Source: Bdellovibrionales bacterium | GTDB lineage: Bacteria; Bdellovibrionota; Bdellovibrionia; Bdellovibrionales; JAUICD01 | Reading direction: 5' to 3' | DNA length: 64,000 bases | NCBI GenBank assembly: GCA_965197425.1 | Contig: CBDANC010000014.1 | Span: 1-64,000, forward strand | Shown here: piece after piece, positions 51,409 to 60,600 of the stretch | Position numbering within the stretch: position 1 is the first letter of the stretch | Layout: each line of letters opens with the position of its first letter | Translations under genes and position numbers: made by a program | The notes under the pieces: generated by a model | What the model saw: only the letters and a program-made list of their open reading frames with translations | Database searches by the model: none | What the model was told of the DNA's origin: nothing

Positions 51409-51702
51409 TCATGTATTCTTACACAGTTTGTATAGATATCCTCCCAGTGTATTTGCGTCTTTTATTAGATTTTTGTTGTTTATGATCTCTAGTATTGCTT
51501 GTGTTTCCCTAAGCGACCCAAGGCTTATAGAATAAAACTTTCTTCTATCTTTAGCTGTTGGCTTTGCAGTTCCTTCTGCAAGATTTAGTACAATGCTTAG
51601 GATAGCCCTTTGGAACTGATTTTTAAGCGGTTCTTTTAAGTATAAATTCTTAGAATTGTTATAGAACCTAACTGCTAATTGATATGTTTTTAATTTTTTC
51701 AT
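51409..51702 (-). CDS. Four-helix bundle protein (23S rRNA IVS protein family, Avd-like fold)
   Basis: L..YQLA..F, L.NQ..RA..SI.LNLAEG, .KF..IS.GSL.E pattern; 97 aa, basic. Confidence 0.85.
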   Translation of the reverse strand: MKKLKTYQLAVRFYNNSKNLYLKEPLKNQFQRAILSIVLNLAEGTAKPTAKDRRKFYSISLGSLRETQAILEIINNKNLIKDANTLGGYLYKLCKNT

Positions 51703-51710
51703 AATATGCT

Positions 51711-51783
51711 GTCTCCTTTTTTAGAAAAAATATTTGCTCTATAGTTTTTATCTGAGAGGAAATATTTTTAAAAAAAAGGAGAC
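51711..51783 (-). promoter_or_regulatory. ~30-bp inverted repeat covering the SD of the four-helix gene
   Basis: GTCTCCTTTTTTAGAAAAAATATTTGCTCT (51711-51740) pairs with AGAGGAAATATTTTTAAAAAAAAGGAGAC (51755-51783). Confidence 0.75.
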
Positions 51784-51784
51784 C

Positions 51785-51840
51785 ATTGCCTGAATGCCAG
51801 ATTGACTGATTGACTGATTGACTGCTTGCCCGTTTGCCCA
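51785..51840. repeat. 8-bp tandem array (ATTG(A/C)CTG) x7
   Basis: attgcctg aatgccag attgactg attgactg attgactg cttgcccg tttgccca. Confidence 0.9.
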
Positions 51841-51861
51841 CCCACTTGATAACTATCAGAC

Positions 51862-51953
51862 AAAAAGATGTTTTAGGTTCACTTGGACTTCGTCCTGCAT
51901 TTCACCAATCTATCTTATTTGCCTCGTTAGGAAGATCTCGAGTGGAAGACCTT
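51862..51953 (-). repeat. Mosaic dispersed repeat, copy 9 (partial)
   Basis: TTGGACTTCGTCCTGCATTTCACCAAT..TCTTAT..GCCTC matches ~32588-32630; overlaps the RND gene end. Confidence 0.85.
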
Positions 51954-54900
51954 GAAAACAAACTTTTTATATCATCTAAGATAGCAAGACTTGATGGTAA
52001 TACCACTGTAGTTAAGATTGAGCCTATGCAAATACCCCAACCCAGTGCCATTGCCATAGGAACCACAAACTTATCCAAACCCCCAATACCGTAAGCAGTT
52101 GGCAATATTCCAGCAACAGTAGTGACTGTAGTTAAAAATATTGGTCTCAATCTAACTTTACATGCAGAAACAATGCTGTCTAATTTTGGCATACCTTTTT
52201 TTCTAGCATTATTTACAAAAACTATTAATACAATAGAATTATTAACAATAACTCCAGAAAGAGCAATCAAACCGAGACTTCCTAAAAAGGTAATTGGCAA
52301 CCCATGCACAAAGAAAGCCCATATCACAGCTATCATCCCAAGAGGTATAGTCAAAAATAACACTAGCAAAGACTGTAATATACTTTGAAATGTAATAACC
52401 AAAATTAAAAACACACCTAAAATTGCTACAACAAATGTTCTGCCTAAAGAAGCAAAGCTTTCTTTGGTATCTTCATCTTCCCCGCCAAATGAAAAGGTAA
52501 CACTTTTGAATTTTTCTGAGTTTTCTTTTATAAAATCTAAAGCCTGCTTATTTACAGCAAGTACACTATTAACCGTTGTGTCAATATCCCCTAGTATGCG
52601 AACCTGCCTTTCGTTGTCTTGATGATCAAAACTTGCCACACCTTGAGTATGTGTAAATTCTGCCACAGAACTTAATGGAATTAATTGACCAAATCTGTTA
52701 GTAATTTTTAGCCGCCTAATAGAGTCCAGAGATTGTTTTTTGTCACTTGGCCAGGTAACCTTCACCGCTATTTCTTCATCTAAAGTATGTATTTGTGTTG
52801 CCTCTACCCCTTCAAATGCAGATCTTACAGTCAAACCAACATCAGTTACATTTAATCCTGCCGCATTAGCTTCCTCCTGTCTTAACTTAACTTGTAGCTC
52901 TTTTTTTCCCATCACATATGTATCCCTTATATCTGATGTACCAGGGATTGTTTGTAAGAAATCTTTTAAGGTAGCAACAACTGGCAAGATTTCCTCATAC
53001 TCATCTGCATTTACACCTATACTAATCGGATCTCCTGTAGGAGGGCCTGGCTGTATTCTTTCAAAGGTTAATGTATCTAGACCATCAGGTATTTTTGTCT
53101 CCTTTCTTAAAGCTTCAATTATTTCTTTAGCAGTTCTATCTCTATCAGGCTCAGGGGTTAGATACACAACCATCTGTGCTAGGTTGGTTCCAACTCTTAT
53201 TACAGGATCACTTGAACTAAGCTGTTGCGTACCTACCTTTGTGATAAATACATCCAATTCCTCAGAGCTTAGTTGGGAAACCTTATCCTCAACCGGCTTA
53301 ATCAATCTAGCAGTTTCATTAACAGTTGTACCAACAGGAGCCTCAGCTTTAACCAAGAAAATTTCTACACCATCCGGAGGAAACAAAATAACTTTCATAA
53401 ATTTGTGTGAAACAAAGATAGTGGAGAAAAATAATATCACCGCAAATGTTGTAACATAATATCTTTTTTTCAAAGAAAATTTTAAAAATGATTCATATAA
53501 TACAACCAATTTGTTATTCCAAAAACGATCTACCCTCTTATAAATTTTATTTTTGTCTTTGGTAAAATCTGCTTTTCTCAATAAAAAGCCAATGTGATGT
53601 GGTAAGATAAAAAAGCACTCAATCAAACTAAATACGAGACCTGCTAAAACTCCAAGTGGTAGATTTGATACAAATTTTCCAAAAATACCATCCATAAACA
53701 TAAGAGGCAAAAATACAACTATAGTAGTAGTCACAGCAGCAGTAACAGGCTGCCATATTTCTTGTGTACCAACTATTGCACCTTCATGAGAGTCATGTCC
53801 TCGCTCTATATAGCGCATCGAATTTTCAACCACAACAACAGCATCATCAACCAGCATACCTACAACAATGATCAACCCCATCATTGTTAATAAGTTTATG
53901 CTTATCCCAACAGAATTAAAAAATATAAGTGTTCCTAAAAAAGCAAATGGTATGCCTATTGCAGTTAAGATGGCTATCTTAAATGGAAAAAACAAGCTAA
54001 GTACCAACAACACCAAACATAAACCCACACCCAGGTTATTCACCAAAACACTTAATCTTCGTCTTATATAGTAAGAGGCATCGTTAGCATATTCGATAGA
54101 AAGCCCTTCTCTTGTAATTTCATCTTCTAAGGTATTAATAAATGTTTGAACTCTATCTACCAAATCTATCGCATCTGCAGATTCCTTTTTTATAACAGTA
54201 AGAGTGATAGCATCTTGATTTTGTGCTCTATAAAGAGTGGTAGGTTTACTGGTTGTTTGCACAACTTTTGCGACATCTTTAATCCTTATTGCATCCGCAA
54301 TATCATTGGCTCTTACAACTGTATCTTCAATATCTAGTGTTGTCTCATATTCTCCAACAGTCCTTACTATAAATTCTTTACCATCTGATACTTCAATCAT
54401 ACCACCTGGTATAGACACATTTTGATTACCCACAGCTAATATAAGATCATTTAACGATAGTTGATACCTCGACAATTTTCCTGGGATGGCTTCAATATGT
54501 ATTTCCAGCTCTTCCATTCCAAAAGGTTCAATTTTTGAAACTCCATCAAGTTTCAAAAGTTTTTTCTCTAAGTCTCTTGCAAAAGCCCTTTTTTTAAGCT
54601 TGGGCACATTTCCAATTAAAAGCAGTTCTAAAATTGGCTGGTCATTACTCTCTAACTCCAATACAATGGGCTTTTCAGCATCCTTTGGAAGTTCAATAAA
54701 TCTCTCAACGATTTCCTGTGCATCCTGCTTTACTTCGTAAGCGGTTGTCTGATCTGGATCAACTATTAGGCTTATATAACTTCTATTTTCAATAGAAGTT
54801 GATTTCATTTCTTTTACTCCGGTTACCTCTTTTAAGTCTTGCTCTAAAGGATTTGTTATAAGCCTTTCTATTTCACCGGGAGATGCTCCGGGAAATATTG

Positions 54901-55048
54901 TATTAATATTGACAACTTCAAAGGATATATTGGGGAAAGCTTCCTTTTTAATATTAAAAGCTGCATATGTTCCCATAAGGAACACATAGATAAGCACTAA
55001 GACAGCTAAGAATCCCTGTCTTGCAAAAAAATCAATTAGAGCTTTCAA
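51902..55048 (-). CDS. RND efflux transporter permease (AcrB/AcrD/AcrF family)
   Basis: PGASP.EIE..IT.PLE, GMLVDDAVVVVEN, GVIVNNSIVL, RLRPIFLTTVTT..G.LP; 1048 aa. Confidence 0.95.
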   Translation of the reverse strand: MKALIDFFARQGFLAVLVLIYVFLMGTYAAFNIKKEAFPNISFEVVNINTIFPGASPGEIERLITNPLEQDLKEVTGVKEMKSTSIENRSYISLIVDPDQTTAYEVKQDAQEIVERFIELPKDAEKPIVLELESNDQPILELLLIGNVPKLKKRAFARDLEKKLLKLDGVSKIEPFGMEELEIHIEAIPGKLSRYQLSLNDLILAVGNQNVSIPGGMIEVSDGKEFIVRTVGEYETTLDIEDTVVRANDIADAIRIKDVAKVVQTTSKPTTLYRAQNQDAITLTVIKKESADAIDLVDRVQTFINTLEDEITREGLSIEYANDASYYIRRRLSVLVNNLGVGLCLVLLVLSLFFPFKIAILTAIGIPFAFLGTLIFFNSVGISINLLTMMGLIIVVGMLVDDAVVVVENSMRYIERGHDSHEGAIVGTQEIWQPVTAAVTTTIVVFLPLMFMDGIFGKFVSNLPLGVLAGLVFSLIECFFILPHHIGFLLRKADFTKDKNKIYKRVDRFWNNKLVVLYESFLKFSLKKRYYVTTFAVILFFSTIFVSHKFMKVILFPPDGVEIFLVKAEAPVGTTVNETARLIKPVEDKVSQLSSEELDVFITKVGTQQLSSSDPVIRVGTNLAQMVVYLTPEPDRDRTAKEIIEALRKETKIPDGLDTLTFERIQPGPPTGDPISIGVNADEYEEILPVVATLKDFLQTIPGTSDIRDTYVMGKKELQVKLRQEEANAAGLNVTDVGLTVRSAFEGVEATQIHTLDEEIAVKVTWPSDKKQSLDSIRRLKITNRFGQLIPLSSVAEFTHTQGVASFDHQDNERQVRILGDIDTTVNSVLAVNKQALDFIKENSEKFKSVTFSFGGEDEDTKESFASLGRTFVVAILGVFLILVITFQSILQSLLVLFLTIPLGMIAVIWAFFVHGLPITFLGSLGLIALSGVIVNNSIVLIVFVNNARKKGMPKLDSIVSACKVRLRPIFLTTVTTVAGILPTAYGIGGLDKFVVPMAMALGWGICIGSILTTVVLPSSLAILDDIKSLFSRSSTRDLPNEANKIDW

Positions 55049-56465
55049 GCTTGTTTCCTATTTTTTTATATTTATCTTCTATTGTTTTGAGATATTCTTG
55101 GATTGTGTCATACATCTTGGCCACTTCCCATCCTGTGAATTGTAATTCTTCTTTTGAATCGATCAAATCTAAATTTGCAACAAGTTGCTCTTCTCCTGTT
55201 TGAATAAGTTGTAATATGGTTGATCTACCTATTGAATATCTTTTCTCCTCTAGTACCATTATTTTCTTGTAGTTTTTTAAAGTCTCCTCTTTGAGTTTAA
55301 CCGATTCATTTAAAAATGAAAGTTTGGAACACATATTGAGCCAATCTCTTTTAATGTTGGTTTTTAATGATGCCAATTGTGCATTTGTTTTTGCCTCTCT
55401 TCCAAGCGCAGTGTACAGCTCTGCTTTGGCAGCATTGTTGGGTAATGGATATGATAGCCTGAAACCAATATTCCAGTCCTCTGGCATATCTTCAATTGGT
55501 AACTGTCTGTATTGAAATATAAGATCAAAATTCGGTAAGAACATTAGTTTTTTATTTTTTACATCCAAAGACATGGCTTTACTTTGATTTTCCAGTGCTT
55601 TTACTTCTAATGAAGTCTCTGGGGCATTTTTAGAACACAGCTCTAGTGATTTTTCGAACATGCTGTCGGTCTTTGTAGGTACTATATTTGGATCAATATT
55701 TAGCCACTCTCCTTCTAATTTGATATTTAGTGCCAGCTCATTCCAGAACTCTTGCATAACTTGCTGAGTTTGGTTGTATTGAATTTTAGATGAGGTAAGA
55801 GTCGATTTAGCTCTTAGAAGATCACCTTCTTCTGCCGTTCCCCTATTTAGTTTTATGTTTGTTATTTTAACAAGCTTTTCTTTATTTTTTAAGTTTTCCT
55901 TTAAAGAATCAGATTTTAACTTAGAACTTACTGCCTTATAGTAAAATCTAATTACATTGAGCATCCAATCTTCTATTGATTTTTTATAAAACCCGAGTTG
56001 TGCTTCAGAAGTAAGGCTACCTATTTTTTTTGATCTTCTAGATTTAATACCAAACATATCATTCATCAAGGACTGTGAAATAGATATAGAAGCGAATTCT
56101 CCCAATCGGTTGCTATTTGAACCAACCTCAATCCCTGTACCTGTGGAAAAATATTTACTCACACTAATTGTATTTTCAGTCATAGTTGTTAAGTCATTTA
56201 GTAAAAGCTCCTGGCGAGTCAGATTTAACTTGGGGTCATGAGGAGCTAATGCACGATATTTGTAACTGGGTATTATATATTTATCTGCCTCTATAATCTT
56301 AAAGTGATCAGAGTGCATCATACTCAGAGCAATTATAGACTCTGTATCCAAGCTCCCACCCAGAACATCCAACTTTTTTTTCATAGATGGAGTAAGTTCA
56401 GTGATCTTATTCGCTTTTGATATTTGAGGAGATAAAAGCATTAAAATTACAATTGCAAATTTCAT
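55032..56465 (-). CDS. TolC-family outer membrane efflux protein
   Basis: Signal peptide, LP.FDL, W.IG..LSYPL.N, EEKRYSIGRST; adjacent to the RND gene. Confidence 0.8.
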   Translation of the reverse strand: MKFAIVILMLLSPQISKANKITELTPSMKKKLDVLGGSLDTESIIALSMMHSDHFKIIEADKYIIPSYKYRALAPHDPKLNLTRQELLLNDLTTMTENTISVSKYFSTGTGIEVGSNSNRLGEFASISISQSLMNDMFGIKSRRSKKIGSLTSEAQLGFYKKSIEDWMLNVIRFYYKAVSSKLKSDSLKENLKNKEKLVKITNIKLNRGTAEEGDLLRAKSTLTSSKIQYNQTQQVMQEFWNELALNIKLEGEWLNIDPNIVPTKTDSMFEKSLELCSKNAPETSLEVKALENQSKAMSLDVKNKKLMFLPNFDLIFQYRQLPIEDMPEDWNIGFRLSYPLPNNAAKAELYTALGREAKTNAQLASLKTNIKRDWLNMCSKLSFLNESVKLKEETLKNYKKIMVLEEKRYSIGRSTILQLIQTGEEQLVANLDLIDSKEELQFTGWEVAKMYDTIQEYLKTIEDKYKKIGNKLESSN

Positions 56466-56498
56466 CCAGAGAAGATTAGCATCAAAATATTTACACTT

Positions 56499-57311
56499 TC
56501 AACACAAAATAGACTTTTTGTTTATCCCCATGTGGCAGATCGCAAAATCGTACTTAGTTGGATTTTTTGGATCCAGTTTTTTTAAGGAATTAGTTATGTC
56601 CTGAGCAGTGACCCAGTCAGCACTGTTTCTCTTAGTAAGACCCAAAATTTTAGATTGTCTCATAAGATGGGTGTCTAGAGGAATTATTAACTCTTTTTTA
56701 TCAAAGCTCTTCCATATGTTTAAATCCATTTGAGTATCCCCTACCATCCATCTAAGAAACAGATTTAACCTTTTACAAGCGCTTTTATTTGAAGGCTTTG
56801 GCAGTAGATAAAAAAACGATTTTTTTTTGACCAAGGGAGGCGTTACTTTGGGTTTTAAATTAACCAAACCATCTACAATTCGATTTAACAGTTCAAAAGC
56901 TGTATCAGTCTTTTTAGGCTTAAAATATTTTTCCATAGATCCGGAAGTGTTATAAACATGCCTCAATAAAATTAAAAGATCGTATAGATCTTGAGAATCA
57001 TTAAACCTGTGCTTCCAACCTCGATAAGTTCTATAAATCGTACTAGGGCTAGTGTTTACAAGCCACTTGTAAGGGTTACTCCCCATGGGCTTTATTATTT
57101 TATTTACACTATTTTTAATTTGATCCACCCTACCATAAGCAAAGGTTGCAGATAAAAAAGCCACAAGCTCCTTATCTCGCTTCGTCTTAAAGGCTAATAC
57201 AGGTGCTATTGCATCATTTACCACCTCATGATTTTTTACATACTCAAGGTGCACCCTATCTAATGTTTTTTTTAGCTTTGTTGTAAAATTCATATGCATA
57301 TATTCAACCAC
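56499..57311 (-). CDS. TIGR02757/DUF2400 family protein
   Basis: E..AFLSA.FAYG, SACKRLNLFLRWMV, IIPLDTH, P.KYDFA. Confidence 0.9.
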   Translation of the reverse strand: MVEYMHMNFTTKLKKTLDRVHLEYVKNHEVVNDAIAPVLAFKTKRDKELVAFLSATFAYGRVDQIKNSVNKIIKPMGSNPYKWLVNTSPSTIYRTYRGWKHRFNDSQDLYDLLILLRHVYNTSGSMEKYFKPKKTDTAFELLNRIVDGLVNLKPKVTPPLVKKKSFFYLLPKPSNKSACKRLNLFLRWMVGDTQMDLNIWKSFDKKELIIPLDTHLMRQSKILGLTKRNSADWVTAQDITNSLKKLDPKNPTKYDFAICHMGINKKSILC

Positions 57312-57479
57312 ATATCAGTTAGCATTGGTCTGGAAAATTTACAATTATATAACTTAAAAGTTTTTTTAAAAAAATCTATATTATAATGAACCTTGCAGAT
57401 ACTTATGGCCTTTAGAATCTTTAACAAAAACAAATAATATAACCAATGAAATAATATCTGTAGAGGATCAAGCTAGTTT

Positions 57480-58625
57480 ATGTGTAAAAAAAGCTTAGTA
57501 TTGTCTTTAATGTTATTTATATCAAACATAGCAACTGCTTCAGATTGTGTTGATGCACTGACTGATAAAAGAGAAATCCACAAGTTGGCTAAGCAATTCT
57601 TTGATGCAAGTACATATGGAGATGTTGAGCAAATCAATTTTTTACTTGAACAATATCCAGGTCTTATAAATATACAAGACGCATTTGGAAACTCACCTTT
57701 AATACTTGCAAGTACTCTAGGACACCATAATGTTGTTCTAGCTTTATTGGATTACGAGCCTATATATGATGAAGTCCATGCTCATCCATTAGGTAATTTT
57801 GATTATTTTAATACTTTTTCGATAAACTTTCCTCAAAATGTAGATGTAAATATCGTGGATGATTACGGTAGAAACGCCATGATGTGGGCAAGTGCTATGG
57901 GATACAACCACATAGTTGAGCTTTTTATGAAGGAAGGATCAACTATTATGGACACTAAAGACAATAATGGAATGACTGCGTTATCCTTAGCAGCTGAGGC
58001 AGGACATATTGAAGTAGTTGAAACCTTACTGCAAACACTTGAAACAGATGGCCTGTTCAAAATGCTCAGTTCTGATGTTTTTCAAAAGCTTCAAGCATCA
58101 GTTAAAAAAGACATAGAAGAGAAAACAGTTGATATTAACTCAAAAGATTATTATGGGTTTACACCCTTGTTGTGGGCAACCTACAACAATCATCCTGAAG
58201 TAATCAAAGCTCTGATAGACAACGATGCCAGTAAGAAGTTTAGCAATATTCTCTCTGGAGACGAAGAAGTAAGCTTTTATGAACTTGAAAGCCTATACAA
58301 CATCCCTTTTCTTGATGTTAACCTAGAAGATGGAAAAGGATATACAGCATTACATTGGGCAGCCGTGTTGGCTGACTATAACACTGTAAAACTTTTACTT
58401 GATACACATGATGTGGATGTATCCGATATTGATCTTGATAAAATTCAGCATCGAGATATTGAGATATTCTTAGATAAACATGAATATTTTGATAATTTTT
58501 ATAAAGACATTGCCACAGCCTGGAACGAAAAAATCATAAATCCATATACCATCATGGTATGGGCAAACAAGTTTTTATCGGATAATCGTTACTATGACAG
58601 TGACATATATGATCTCAGTTTATAA
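57480..58625 (+). CDS. Secreted ankyrin-repeat protein with inserted loops
   Basis: Signal peptide; GNSPLILAS.LGH, GMTALSLAA..GH, GFTPLLWA, GYTALHWAA. Confidence 0.92.
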   Translation: MCKKSLVLSLMLFISNIATASDCVDALTDKREIHKLAKQFFDASTYGDVEQINFLLEQYPGLINIQDAFGNSPLILASTLGHHNVVLALLDYEPIYDEVHAHPLGNFDYFNTFSINFPQNVDVNIVDDYGRNAMMWASAMGYNHIVELFMKEGSTIMDTKDNNGMTALSLAAEAGHIEVVETLLQTLETDGLFKMLSSDVFQKLQASVKKDIEEKTVDINSKDYYGFTPLLWATYNNHPEVIKALIDNDASKKFSNILSGDEEVSFYELESLYNIPFLDVNLEDGKGYTALHWAAVLADYNTVKLLLDTHDVDVSDIDLDKIQHRDIEIFLDKHEYFDNFYKDIATAWNEKIINPYTIMVWANKFLSDNRYYDSDIYDLSL

Positions 58626-58669
58626 TATTAAACAATTATCAAAGCAACATTAGCAGAAAGCGAAAACTT

Positions 58670-59443
58670 TTAAGTTTGCTTGAATCGGTTTTCAAATAAT
58701 TTTTTGAACATTGTAGGAGATATTTCTTCTGCTCTTGCATTTTTGGGTAAGTTAAATTTTTCCAAATGACAATCGAGCCATTTGACATTGGATACTACTT
58801 TTTTTCTTCTGTTTGAAAAAGCTTTTTTTACAAATCTTAGAAAGTCTAGTTTAGATTCGATTTCGTTATTTATTTTTTCAAAGGACAGTACTCTGCTAAA
58901 CACTCTAGGGGGTGGATAGAAATCTTTTGGGCCCAAGTTGACAACTTGTTTTATGTTCCAAAAATTTTGAGCTATAACAGACAATATTCCATAGTCTTTT
59001 TTTTCTCCTTTTTTTGCCATGATTCTATCTGCTACTTCTTTTTGAAACATAAGAACCATTTTATCCAGAGCTGGATTATCTATTGATCTATCTACTAGAA
59101 TTCTGGAGGCTATTTTGTAGGGTAAGTTACTAACCAACACAGTGCCTCGCTCAATTAACTTAGTCCAATCAATTTTTAGTGCATCACCATGAATTATTTG
59201 AGCTCCATTCCACTTATTAGTAAATTTTTTTTCCTTCTCTACTAAAACAATATTATTGTGTTTTTTCATTAAGTGATCTGTGAGAGAGCCAAGTCCAGGG
59301 CCTATTTCGATGATTTTTTTAGGATTATCAACAAGGGCTTCACTAATAATTGTTAAAATCACTTTTTCATTTACCAAAAAGTTTTGTCCCATATTTTTTT
59401 TTGGTATATGAGCCAAACTTTTTAGCTGATCTTTTATTCTCAT
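58670..59443 (-). CDS. rsmA: 16S rRNA m6,2A dimethyltransferase
   Basis: GQNFL, EIGPGLG, SNLPY, MFQKEVADR, F.NRRK. Confidence 0.96.
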   Translation of the reverse strand: MRIKDQLKSLAHIPKKNMGQNFLVNEKVILTIISEALVDNPKKIIEIGPGLGSLTDHLMKKHNNIVLVEKEKKFTNKWNGAQIIHGDALKIDWTKLIERGTVLVSNLPYKIASRILVDRSIDNPALDKMVLMFQKEVADRIMAKKGEKKDYGILSVIAQNFWNIKQVVNLGPKDFYPPPRVFSRVLSFEKINNEIESKLDFLRFVKKAFSNRRKKVVSNVKWLDCHLEKFNLPKNARAEEISPTMFKKLFENRFKQT

Positions 59444-59457
59444 AACACTGACCCTCG

Positions 59458-59586
59458 CCTAGCAACAAACTGGCTTCCCCAGTTTTTGATAAGCGAATTA
59501 CGTTCCGGCACAGTTACTTAACACTCAAAAGTGAAAACAAAACATCATTTGGCCGAGTGGTTGCCCAGCTTTCTACCTCATAGCTT
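59458..59586 (+). repeat. Mosaic dispersed repeat, copy 10 (degenerate)
   Basis: GCAACAAACTGGCTT..GAATTACGTT..CACAGTTACTT and GGCCGAGTGGTTGCCCAGCT modules. Confidence 0.75.
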
Positions 59587-59589
59587 AGA

Positions 59590-60600
59590 TTATAACAAGT
59601 CAGAATTAACTTTAGGTGCTAAATCCTGGGTTGATCTATGCCCTGCATTTAGTCTCAAAATGCCCGCAAGCCCTATCATTGCGGCATTGTCAGTACAATA
59701 TCTGACAGGAGGTATATTAACTACAAACCCAAGCTCATTTAATCTATGTCTTAATCTTGTATTGGCACTTACTCCACCACTTACCAATAAGTTCTTAACA
59801 TTATACTTGTTGCTGGCCATTACGAGTTTTTTAATCAAAACATCTACTACTGCCTCTTCGAAAGATGCACATATATCGTTTATTGTTTTGTCATCTATTT
59901 TAGATTTTCTGATTGTGTTTAAGGCACAAGTTTTCAACCCAGAGAAACTAAAGTTATAGTTGTCTTTTTTATCTAATGCTCTTGGGAACTTAAACCTTTG
60001 TGGATCACCGAGGCTGGCTTTTTTGTTTACAAACGCTCCCCCTGGAAATCCTAGGTTTAGAGCTTTAGAAAGTTTGTCGAATGCCTCACCAGCAGCATCA
60101 TCCAAACATCTCCCTATTATTTGATATTGGAAAAGTTCATCTACTTTAACAAGCAAGCTATGCCCACCACTGACAATTAATGCTAAAAATGGTTCATTGT
60201 AAGAGAATTTTGGCTTATATGTTTCATCTATCAGGAATGGAGCAAAGATATGACCCTCTATGTGATCTACTCCCAATAGAGGTTTATTTTTGCTAAGTGC
60301 AAGTGTCTTTGCAGTAACTACTCCTACAATTAGAGAGCTTATAAGCCCAGGCCCTTTTGTAACACAGATACCATCTATATCATCATAGGTAAAATTGGTG
60401 TCTTCCATTGCCTGTGATATTAAAGGTAGGAGCAACTCTAGGTGATTTCTACCAGCAATTTCAGGTACAACACCTTTAAACATCTCGTGCGCTTCTATTT
60501 GATGTTTGGTAGCGATCCAAAGCACTTCTAATTTGTGATTTATTATTGCTACAGAGGTGTCATCACAACTGGTTTCTATTGCAAGTACTGTTTTTATCAC
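59590..60600 (-). CDS. tsaD: tRNA t6A biosynthesis protein TsaD
   Basis: IETSCDDT, VVPEIA.R.H, HIEGH, SGGH, DDAAGEAFDK, FSFSGLK, CTDNAAMI. Confidence 0.97.
   Translation of the reverse strand: MIKTVLAIETSCDDTSVAIINHKLEVLWIATKHQIEAHEMFKGVVPEIAGRNHLELLLPLISQAMEDTNFTYDDIDGICVTKGPGLISSLIVGVVTAKTLALSKNKPLLGVDHIEGHIFAPFLIDETYKPKFSYNEPFLALIVSGGHSLLVKVDELFQYQIIGRCLDDAAGEAFDKLSKALNLGFPGGAFVNKKASLGDPQRFKFPRALDKKDNYNFSFSGLKTCALNTIRKSKIDDKTINDICASFEEAVVDVLIKKLVMASNKYNVKNLLVSGGVSANTRLRHRLNELGFVVNIPPVRYCTDNAAMIGLAGILRLNAGHRSTQDLAPKVNSDLL

Noticed and set aside
48053..51702. Diversity-generating retroelement (TR/VR-like duplicate plus Avd-like gene)
   Set aside because: Differences between the copies are not adenine-specific (e.g. 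GGC/GGT, TTC/CTT, TAT/CAT), and no reverse transcriptase is in the window.
52740..53459. Long antisense ORFs (e.g. 52740..53459, 571..1059, 36352..36867)
   Set aside because: They are shadow frames opposite well-supported genes and have no recognisable motifs.
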